A DNA stretch of 62,728 nt, counting the filler, from Choristocarpus tenellus KU-1152 (lineage: Eukaryota; Protista; Phaeophyceae), in assembly GCA_964200185.2 (NCBI GenBank). It is 10 parts of 10 records of this genome, joined end to end, with 100 filler letters (N's around TTAATTAATTAA, not from the genome) between each part and the next. Parts side by side here need not be neighbours in the genome. Positions count along the whole stretch, not along the records: positions 25,265 to 33,213 come from CAXNAD020005352.1; positions 33,314 to 48,042 come from CAXNAD020001126.1; 8 more parts are not named here. One strand, given 5' to 3'. The translations under genes and the position numbers were made by a program. Positions 26,178 through 36,758 of the stretch are shown here, piece after piece. Below the pieces are notes generated by a model. The model had not been told where the DNA came from, did not search any database, and saw only the letters and a list, made by a program, of their open reading frames with translations. Position 1 is the stretch's first letter, and the number at the start of each line of letters is the position of its first letter.

Positions 26178-27192
26178 ATCACATACCTTTTTACTAACTC
26201 AATACTGACATGACCGTGCCTAGTCTTGAATAATGTGTCCCAGTTCTCATTACTAGTACTGACTCTCGCGTTGACGCACATGCCGTATGACACTTGATAT
26301 GTGATTCTTCCCACAATTTTGACTGAGCTTTGTGGATAACGGTTGCTAATTACTACTTACTAGTACATTTTTCGAAGACATAGCATCACCTTTTGTTCCA
26401 AATCAAAACTAACAATGGCCTAGTTTCTGACGTTACACTTCTTGGGATTTCACGGTACATACGTAAGTGGCGTCAGGAATGTCGGAAGTGATCGATCGCT
26501 TAAAAAACATAGCGTGATTCTGGAGCACCCTCTAAAAAATCGTTGTCTTCTTGCACAAAACATCATTCTAGTATGACGATACTTGTACAGTGAGATTTCA
26601 ATATCTTGACAGAAAATTAGAACCCACAGGTCCAAAATCTTGCGTGGTCTGGACCACTTTCTCCACTCTCGTTCTTTTTACATTATATACATGAACTCAA
26701 TGGGAAACGCGGAGAATGTGAAACCGTTCAGAAAGTAGCCCAAAACAAGTAGGTTTCTCTTAGGGTGATAGATAGACCATGGAATAACCGGACTGAGCCT
26801 CGTCCAATAATCTTTGTGATATTGTGCTTGTACCACCAGGGCAAATGTCGCAAGAGTGCTTCCCTCCTCGGTGCTAATACAGTGGCATCTTGGTATCATA
26901 TTAGGAGGGTGTTTTGTACATACTCCTTTACCTTTGGAAGAGGCGGTTATCTGTGTGCAACAACAATAATAGAATCTCTACAAAACTGAAGGCAGCATCA
27001 CAGAGCTTGGCCTGTGTCAAAATCTAATATTAGAGCTTATAAATAATCACACACTCTTCAATATACTTGGTTAGCACAACCTGGGAGTACAATTATCAAG
27101 ATAGGAATAGTCAATTAGTAGAAATATTCCATATTCTTTTAAAGAGCAGGGGCATTAAAGGATTTTACTCTTTCCCTGCCAAAGAGATGTAT

Positions 27193-27338
27193 GGGTCAAA
27201 GTATCTGGTGGGGGGAGGGGGTGTCGGCGTCCGTTTTCAGTGTGATTTGGTCGCACGTGTCGGATTTGAAATGTCCGCTAAAAAAAGAGTTTCTTGACCA
27301 AAACGGACGCCCCCTCCCAACCCCAGATACTTTGACCC
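27193..27338 (+). mobile_element. Short MITE related to family B, TSD GTAT
   Basis: GGGTCAAAGTATCTGG / CCAGATACTTTGACCC perfect 16-bp TIR; GTAT on both sides. Confidence 0.88.
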
Positions 27339-27626
27339 GTATTTTTGTTTAATCTTGCATGTCTTGATCAAATGAACTGTGAATAGTTCCAGAGAACCCA
27401 TCTTATATTATTGGACTGTTCTTTTGAAAATATTATCTTCAATTTGCTATCCTCATAAATGGGGAAATTTGAACAAGGTATAATAAATGGTGAAAGCCTA
27501 TTTTTCAATTTCATCGTACATGCATGAAACACACCTCCCAGTTGAAGATCGGATGTGGCGGTGAAGCATTTCTACTTTTCCCATCTGTTCATTACTCAAA
27601 CGGAGCCATGTAAAGTGTGTGTGTAC

Positions 27627-27880
27627 TGTCGAATAACCTAGTGTTATCCTTACATTTTTTGTGCTGATACAAGTATATAGCATAGGTTATATGTACGTAT
27701 ATCATTAGTTAGGTATGATACAACATAGAACATGCATAAAAATATAATAAGTCAACATTCATTCACACGTCAGTGATGATGGATGGCTGGTGGGCAATTA
27801 ATGATTCTCTGTATGTTTTACCATATAAATCAACTACTAGCTTTCGGTGACGAGCCTTACATGCGCCAAGCTTCTCAACA
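27627..27880. mobile_element. Solo LTR, 254 bp, TSD TGTAC/CGTAC
   Basis: Same termini as 19241-19484 and the conserved block CAACTACTAGCTTTCGGTGACGAGCCTTACATG. Confidence 0.82.
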
Positions 27881-28181
27881 CGTACAAACACAAAATCTCC
27901 TTCATATTGGAGTATCTTAGCACCCTCCACCCCTAATGATCCAAGGGTTGTACCGTTCGGCAGGGGGGATTTACGTATCCAATACTACATGCCTCCTTGA
28001 CTTCAACAAAAATGGTAACTACTCCCAGTACTACCATTATAATATATGGAACACAGAATAAAGTATGCAACAACTGTTATATTTGTGTTTCAAGTAGAGA
28101 AATTCAAATGTAATTACTACTGACACGTATAGTGCTTCACGAAAAACAAACTGAGTGATGCACTTTATCAGCTGCAGTACA

Positions 28182-29385
28182 TCACTTTGTGGTGGCATTG
28201 TGGCAGCACGGAGTGCCCGAACTGGATGGCAACACAACCTCCTCCATTGGTTCCATTGCCCTGTGCTTTCGTTCTTGACGTAGGAAGAACAGGTGTCCAG
28301 TTGTGAGCCCAGCAATGATGCAGATCAGGATGATGTATTCATAAAGCATCACCAGCAGCATTAGCGCATATGAAATGAGCATCTGCAATGCAAAACCTGC
28401 GGATTGAATAATGTCTGCAACCCATGGAGAGATAGTGGACGAACCTGTCAAGGTTCTCTTGGTGAAGCAGTCCCGGCCATACCTACACATTGCACATGTA
28501 AGAGGAATAGAGGATGGCATATTAGTACAGGGAGAAAATGTTGCGTGCACTAGATACAATGGGAACTAAAGTCGTAAAATGATTTGTTATCAAACACATC
28601 TTGGTTCAACACAGCTTTCACCGTGTTGGTTGTTTGTCAGCTGGTTGTTGGGACTACAATACGATCGAGTTCTAGCTCCCTCAGAAGTCATACCAGGTGA
28701 GAAATTATACTCAAGCGCTAGTGTGTCAAGGAACAATGACTCAAGGTCACACTTGGACTCGGGAACTGCAATTATTTATTGTCCCGCTGTCCTCTCACAA
28801 CCAGACCAAAAAAGCGCAATCGAGACGCCCGAGAACAGGCTAGGGTCGAGACAATGAACAATCCATTTTCGCACGATGTTGGACACAGACAGAGCTCGTG
28901 CAGAAGTACCCACGAGGGATTCGAGGCACTCACCGGATGGCCTCGTTCACCAATCCTAGCAGGAATACGCCGATCAGGACGCCGACATATTTTCCAGTAG
29001 TATCGACGACAGCGTTCTCGAACAAGAATAAGACACATCTCGTCTCCCCATCGAACGGACCCTGATAGAGCAGGAGGATAGAGGGCAAAGTAAAGGGAAG
29101 GTGGACGTGGAGCAGGATATTGATGCTTGGATGCGCCCTGGTGAGACCCTCGCCAGGTATACGAGTATGGAAGGTATTGCCCGCAGTAGTCACATGGCGT
29201 TGGTGACATCAATTCAATCAAAAGCGTGTCTATCTCACGCACAGAGCATACAACTCGATGGTTTGTACCTGCCACCCGTTAAGCATCACGCTTCCGTCGC
29301 CCTCGCAAAATGGATCGCTCATGTCCATCTCCATATTCGCACTCATGGAGTTTTCGGTTTCGCTACTGCTGTGCATGTGACTCAT
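28182..29385 (-). CDS. Ctr/SLC31 family copper transporter, complete. Exons 29385-29269, 29061-28934, 28482-28182
   Basis: Met/His-rich N-terminus MSHMHSSSETENSMSANMEMDMSDPFC; three hydrophobic segments; MxxxM (MLLVM) and GxxxG (GLTTG) signature; C-terminal CCH; in-frame GT-AG introns. Confidence 0.92.
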
Positions 29386-31123
29386 GGTCGTCTCTATCTA
29401 TCTATCTCTCTATAATTTCTGTGGGCAAACCGGTATGTGGTATATGATGGAGTTGTGGCGTGTCGAAATTATTTTCACTTGACTGCCACAATTTGTGTGA
29501 AATGTTGTTTTGGGCCGAGTTATCAAAAATCGACATTCTGTGATGTTGTAATGTCACCACAAATATAGTGAACACAAAACACATCTGGAAAATGTCAGAG
29601 GGAATAAATAGTAAAAATATAGCGAACACAAGCACAAGTTCGAAATCTACTTGCTTTTAGTATTATGATGGTTGTACTTCAGGGTTGGTTAAACTTATAT
29701 ATAGGTATGAAGTAATCTGAATTTTGTGGAGTGGTTAGGAGAATAGGTGGGAGACGGAGGCATAAGAGAGAAGGAATGAACAGTAGTGAATCGAATGGGG
29801 AACCTGAGGCTGGGGGACAAGACGAGGAGGGCTAGATCAAGAGGACCCCCGAGCAAGCTTTCGTGGGAATGGATCAAGGAAGAACCCGAGCAATCCTCCC
29901 TACAGTTGGAAGAGGGAAGGGCCATGTGGAAAAGGCGGGGATGTGTGAGAACAAGATATACAAATGATAGGGAATAGCTCACAAGGTAAGGGGGGCGATG
30001 CCGGTGACGATGAAAAAGATCGTAGATAAGTTTTGTGCAGGAATAGGAGATGTGTAGTAAGTGAGAGATTCAGACAGAATGTAAGGGGTCCCCGAGGAAA
30101 TCCATGGAAGTAATTACGAAGGATGGACCACTATGTTATCGATGTTATGACGGAGTGAAAGAGGATAACGCGTAAATAACTAATCGGACCGATTCCGACG
30201 GTAATGGTCTTGGCAGAGAGGGGAGTACATGTTAATACTGCAGGTTACAAACAATATTTTATAGGTTGGTACACACAGCAGGACGGAAAAAGGTAGAGTG
30301 CCCTGCCAGAGTGACAGTGTAAGGGTAGTTGGGGACGAATAGTAGAGTGTGCCGTTTATGTCACTAACATGTTTGTTCCATGGAGTTCACGGCAGAAAGA
30401 GAAACTATAGGTCAGGGTAGAGGTAGTCTACCTGCGACAATCTGGTAAAGTACAGTTTAGATATGGCTTGAAATCTAGGACTGGGGCAGATATTAGGTCT
30501 ATATCGATCGGCGATAGAGTACGTAGTTGTCTTCCGCTGCCGATATGGGCCAACCCAACCCATATGGCAAGAAAAATAGAACAGCGTGGGCGCATTGTAG
30601 GATGTAGGGGAGACAACCCCTGACAAGGGTCACGCGCGGAAGGTACGAGGCTAGTAATGAACCTTTTATTAGGCATAGATACCCTGTGAATCAACGGTTA
30701 TGTCAATATGAGTAGTCATATATATATTATGTAGCATAGCTACAAGTTGGGAGAGGACGTGATACAAGAAATAAAGAAAAATAGAAAACCTATATAGATA
30801 GAGGACGAATGAGGGACGTGGTAGTTGGGATTTTTTCGCAGGTGGAGTGACCGCTACGAAAGTAGGTGGAGATGATTTCAAAGTACTGTGTGAGGACATG
30901 TGGTACGTAGGGTTTTGAAGTGGAGTGAAAGCTTCGAAAGTAAGAATTGGGGATTGTGAGTAGATGTACAGTCGGAGAGATGATTAAAAACGAGATGCGA
31001 TAGTTAAAAGGGATTGGGAGAGAGCATCATATTGGAAAATATTTAGGTAAAGAAGAGTACACCACTACAAAGAGGGGGGGAGGGGAATGATTAATTGTAG
31101 CTCCTGCACAAACAATCCTGTGT

Positions 31124-31578
31124 AAAAATTTGAGATGACCTTGTGAATAAAGGGCTACTGCTCACAAGGGTAGGCATTTGAGGGCTAACCCTAAGGAAGT
31201 TTCGGGGGCATCGTTTGACAATAATGATTAAATCACCACAATGAAAGAAAGTAATTAAAGAAGGGGCAGTGCCTAATTGTGAGATAATCATTTCAAGTCA
31301 ATAAAAGGGGTAGGGGAGAAATTCAGGTCACATTACTGGGGAAGCCACCTTGCATAAAAATGTGAGAGGACCTTGTGGATGAGGCGCTACTGCTTACAAT
31401 GGTAGACATTTGAGGACTGACCATAAGGGAGTTTCGTGGGCATCAATTTCTACATTAATAAAACACCATAGTGCAAGAAAGTGAAAAGAAAAAAAAAGAG
31501 AAGGGTATATGGTTTATGAGTATGGTAATCAGTTCAAGTCAATAAAAGGGGTGGGGGGGGAGAGAGATTCAGGTCACA
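31124..31578. repeat. Diverged tandem duplication, 2 x about 230-250 bp
   Basis: GACCTTGTG..GCTACTGCT.ACAA.GGTAG.CATTTGAGG and TTCAAGTCAATAAAAGGGGT...ATTCAGGTCACA each occur twice in register. Confidence 0.8.
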
Positions 31579-31836
31579 AAAAAAAGAACACATATGATGG
31601 TGGGGCATGAACGTCTCCAACAGTTCGAGTTGCATAAGGAGTGGAAATGGATGTTTTCAATTCAAAGGAAGATATATGAACAATAGGTGACAGGTCTCTC
31701 ATTATTAATTTAAATTAAATAAAAAGATGCGTACTTGTGTATTCATTGAAAAAAAATGTTTAGGAAGATGTGGATTGCTTAGATGAGCCCTGAATATATC
31801 AGAAAAGTGTGCACCTTGTTGATTGTACGTACATAA

Positions 31837-32076
31837 GAGTCAAAGTATCTTAGAGGGTAGAGCTGCGTCCATATGGGGACCAAAATCCCATGTCGTAATT
31901 TTGATGTAATTTTGACTTTCATGTTTGTTTGGAGATGTCAATATCCTTGTTCCGGACACACCTTTTCATAACGTATACATTTTGGAGTAGGCAAAATGTC
32001 ATTAAAAACCCGTGGGGATCCAAGTCCCAAATGGACAAATAAGGAAAAACTTGTACCCTCTAAGATACTTTAACTC
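31837..32076 (+). mobile_element. MITE family A (small internal deletion)
   Basis: Both TIRs present; TAA on both flanks. Confidence 0.9.
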
Positions 32077-32131
32077 TAATGTAGTGATGAATGTCCCACG
32101 TCATGGTCAACTCCCTGGCATCTACTACTAT

Positions 32132-32906
32132 TCTAGACTAATACATGCACAATACACGATTGAGTCCTTACGACACCCATCCAGATTGGCCTCTACCAGA
32201 TTACACAAGACAATGATGAGGAGGGTACATGATCATTGTTGGAGTAATGGGTTGATCCTTGACGAGGGGTGGGAGGTGATCCCCAACAACCTTTCCAAGG
32301 TAAGAGAAGTCCAAGAATGTAGAGAAAAGGGGGGGGGTAGACCTATGAAACTGGTAATAAAAACAAGCGGAAACGGTGTCAAAGCAGTAAGTGTTACAGA
32401 TTCCATCTCAAACTGTAAAAAAAAGAGTGAAAAAAATAAAGTTAAAGGGGAGTCTAATGTCAAAGATGTAAGGAGTTTGTGGGTAGCCAAGAATTGGGGT
32501 ACTAAGAATGTTCTAGACTAATACATACATGTTACATGCTCAAGTCTCTACAAAACCCATCCAGACTAGTCCCTACCAGATTACTCAAGGCAAGGTGGAG
32601 GAGGGTGCAGGGACAAGATTTGAGCAATGGATTGAGCCCTAAATAGGATTGGGAATGTGGTCTTGAGATTACAGGTATGTCACAGATATTGGATGGGGGG
32701 GGATCTCCAACAGCCTTTTAAGGTAAGAGAAGTTCAAGAACGTACAGGGGGAGGGGGGGGAGAGGAGGATAGACTTACAAAACTACTAATCAAAAACCCG
32801 CTGAAGCCCGTCAAAGCATCCAGTGTTACAGATCCCATCCCAAACCTAGAGTTCAGTGTCAGAAATACAAGGAATGTATGGGTAGCCAAGAGTGGGGGGC
32901 ACCAAG
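32132..32906. repeat. Diverged tandem duplication, 2 x about 380-395 bp
   Basis: TTCTAGACTAATACAT at 32132 and 32511; AAGGTAAGAGAAGT.CAAGAA, AGTGTTACAGAT and TGGGTAGCCAAGA repeated in order. Confidence 0.85.
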
Positions 32907-33550
32907 TGTGAGGAGGCATAGCCGTAAGTGATAGAACCCAAAAACAGCATTAGTGGACTTTATGCAGGTGTAATATACCATACCCCAAGGATAGTTCACT
33001 AGAAACTAGGTGGCCTGGGCACAGGAATTTTTACCATAAATTTATGGAGGAGATTAAGGTGGGTTATAGATCCCGCGAGTCTGCCCTGGGGTTTTTATTT
33101 TGGCGGCTGGCCTACCCGTTGGGAGTACGCCAGGAGGGGGGGCTGCTTGGGTAGACTAGCAGGAAGGGGGGGGGGGTCAGAGGGGAGAGACATAGGACAG
33201 GGAATAGATTCTCNNNNNNNNNNNNNNNNNNNNNNNNNNNNNNNNNNNNNNNNNNNNTTAATTAATTAANNNNNNNNNNNNNNNNNNNNNNNNNNNNNNN
33301 NNNNNNNNNNNNNTTTTCAAAGGGGAATTAGGGTTGGTTTTTTCAGCCTTGGGAAAGGGGGAAACTTTTTAGCATTATGGGGCTTTGGCCCCCCCCCCCC
33401 CCCCCCCCCCCACCGCACAATATGAAGCCAACTGAACTGTGTATCACACCCCTTTGTTGACGACCTATCACCTTGTGTAAGCCTCTGAACGGAATAATTA
33501 ATAGTATGCTTGCTTACTCCGTGATTTGAGAGAATGAGACTGAAGGTCAG

Positions 33551-34191
33551 GCGTAATGTGGAAGGGTGTCTGTTGAGTGTGGCACAGTGGGCTTGGGTTG
33601 CTGCAAAGATGAACAAGGCAGTTGCTATGTTCGGAAAACTTTGGTTAAGATTTGGTGAAGGAAAGGGGTATGAGCTCACTGCCAAGGCAAGCAAGAAGCA
33701 CATCCTTCTCTTCTGACGCTGAAAGCTAACAGCAAGCACTCTATGTCACAGATCAGTAGTGCTAATTTTGGTACCAAAGGTGCTACTAGCGCTGCTATGC
33801 ACAGTAGGGGCACTACTAAGAGTATGCTGCTTTCATATAGAATCTTCTATTTTATTATTATTTTTTACTTTGTTGGTATTGTAAATTACTGGTATTATTT
33901 GTTTTGGCAGGGTATCACCAGCAGGAACAATGGCTTTTGCAGTTACTGTGGCAACACCCCATGTGTTGTGTCAGAAGGGTACATTGTCTGGTCCTGAGAA
34001 AGCTCATTTGTTACTATTATTGATGTTTTGTAGTTACACTGTATGGTACTTCAGAGGATATTTTAGTATGGATGTTCACAAGAATGGAGTTAGTTACAAA
34101 CACATTGTGTACCTATATGTGGTGCCACTCAAGAACCATCCTGTTAACTCTACTCCTCGAACTCTTGAACAGCTTGTCCGCTGGAGTACAG
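33551..34191 (+). CDS. Three putative exons of unknown protein (33551-33686, 33911-33978, 34055-34191), possibly the 5' part of the downstream E2 gene
   Basis: Exons join in one open frame (...GYELTAK|GITSRNNGFCSYCGNTPCVVSEG|GYFSMDVHK...) using one GC-AG and one GT-AG intron; no family recognised. Confidence 0.5.
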
Positions 34192-36758
34192 GTGTGTCAC
34201 ATGCATGCATGCCCATTGTGTCACATCTCTTAAGAGGACTGCATGCATGTTTTGAAGTGGTGTGGTGAGATGTGTACCGAAAGGCTTGTGACTTTAAAGA
34301 CCTCGGTGATTAAGAAGTCTTGTTTCTTTCAAAGCTGTTATAGTTGAATACCTTTACCTTCTGGAGTATCAGTACCATTGGAAGCGATTGAAGTGGAGAA
34401 CCGATTTTGGCGTGCAATTGGAGAGGCCGTGGACAGCACACGGCCGAGCATTACAGCCTATTTTTGGAACTTGTTAAGGCGTTATGTTTAGTTTTAGAAG
34501 GCGTATCGCCACAAGAAATGTGAATACTTTTCGTTGTTGGATTGTTTCTCAGGCATAGTAGTACATGGCAAATGCTTGAAATAGATCCTTCATGTCAGAA
34601 TGGATCCGGAGTGGTTGATTGGGAGCACGCAATGAGGAAATACTCAAGAAGTTTTTTTGTTTTTTTTAGTGACGCAGAGAATCGTTTCCCCCGTGAGAAC
34701 ATGAATGTTTTTTACGTGTTTTGATGCAACTGGTGGAGAGATGTGTGGCACATTGCATTATACACAGTAGCACCTCACCAGTTGAAAGTCAGTTTGAAGT
34801 GTGTCTCCTTTCATGCTTGTCTGCACAAAGGCAGTGGGGCTTGAAGGATGGGACAGACTCCTTTGAACAAATTTGCATCGATGCAAGAAAAAGGAAACAA
34901 ATGCATGCTTCATGCCTCCCTGGGTCTGTTCCCCTCAGCAAGATCTGTTGTCATCCTTGAAGTCAAGCGATAGTGATTGTACCACATTGGTTTAGAGTTT
35001 AGAGTTGCCAGAGGAAGGGAAAACTCTCTGGTCTACCCGATGCCACTTCCACTCTGCATCTCTCAGCCTCGTCTTCTGAGGACTGTGAACCCTCCCAAAA
35101 TCTAACTTTTACAGTGAATACAAGCAATACTCAATGCTAGTTTGTCCCCCTTTTATTCTCTTACACCTATCGTCAAGTCCTAGGGTTTTTTTTGCTGTTT
35201 GTTGAAGGTGAGGGGCTGGTCAGCCCTGATCCCAGAGCCTTCCTAATACGAATAGTTCGTGTGCAATAAATTGAGGTTAGGGTTAGGGTTTAAAGTGTGA
35301 ATGCATCCAATTGGTTCACTGTGGCATGTAGGCTGCTCCCTTGTCCACCAAGTGGTGGACTCGTTTCTCTCATAAGGTGCTGCTGACGCCCTTGATCTTT
35401 CCACAACTACTCCTAACAGCAACAATTTTGACAGTGAAGGGGTGTGTGTGTGTTGTGCTTGTGTTGTGCCCGTTATGTCGAGGAGGTGTTATTTCACCTT
35501 TACTTTGAGAAGGACTAAGGTTGATACCGGAGTAGGTTGTCTTCCTTTGCTTTCTCAGGGTCACAATAGGGTTGTTGGTTGCTCGTGTTGCACAACCTGG
35601 GTGTTTGTACGTGTCTTGCACATGAACATATTATTGAAAAAATTCTTGGCTGGTGGTGCAGGGCTGTATGTTAAACTGTCACTTTTCTGTTGTTCTCTGG
35701 TTAGTTGAGGTGTACATGTGTTGTTGGGGAGAAGAACGAACTCTGATATCGCTGTATTTGACTATCTTGAAACATTTAGGGAAGTGTGCGTTCGGGATCG
35801 TTTTTGGGAAGAAATGATGAAAAGAACTAACTAGTTGGTGCTTTGTGGCTGAGGCTTCTTAGTGTTCGAAGATCGCTCGCCATGCAGAGGGCACGTTCAA
35901 ACTTTTGACTGTCATGAAACACACTGTACTTGCTGAAGTTTTGTTGGTATGTTTTTTGTCACACCTCATGTACTTGTCAATAAAATGATCAAAATTAGAG
36001 TGTCCCATTTACTGATGCTTTAAAAAAATATCATGATGCACCTTACATAGAACGAGCGGTCGGTTTTAATGGGGGCACACACATTATACTTTTGAATTTT
36101 TATCAGTAGTTCCCAAGGATTGGCTTATCAATAATATAGTAGTTGCTGCCCCTGCAGAAGGTAAGGCGTGTAAGTGCTTTGCATTCACACGGCACTATGT
36201 GAAGGTAGTTTAATAGCTTGTATGGGTGTGGTATTCCCTGTGAGCACTCTTGACAATATTCTGGCACCTGATGTCTCTATGCATAGCAGGTAGCCATGCT
36301 TGGTGAATCCCCCAATGTCCTACTGAGTAAGTTATGGCGTCCAGGTGCGGACTCTAGCAGTATGGCAACATCCGTTGAAATCTTGCAGTACTTGCTATGT
36401 AGAGGTGGAGACCTTGAAAAGCAAGATTCCTGTACTCTGTGCTTGTAGTTGAGTGCTGCATTGTCTGCAGAGTTGGTTGATTCAGGAAACACAAAATTCT
36501 ATAAAAAAACAATTGAGAAAGAATTGTGCGAGCAGGGTGTGAAGCCTGGGCCTCTCACTGGAAGAGTGTTGATGTTTTAATCACCCCGGTGTATGCGATC
36601 TACTTGGTGGTAACTTTGGGAATGTGTAGGGTTAACAGGTGTTTGCCACTCACCGCTCAAGTCCTTGGTTTCAACAAATCTAACAATATATCCCGATACA
36701 TAGCCTATGTATGGCCCTAACCTTTACCATATCTCCTAACCCTATTGTTAAAAATAAG

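Noticed and set aside
29386-29700. GTAC copper-response elements upstream of Ctr
   Set aside because: Only one GTAC is seen, as expected by chance, and that system is known from the green lineage.
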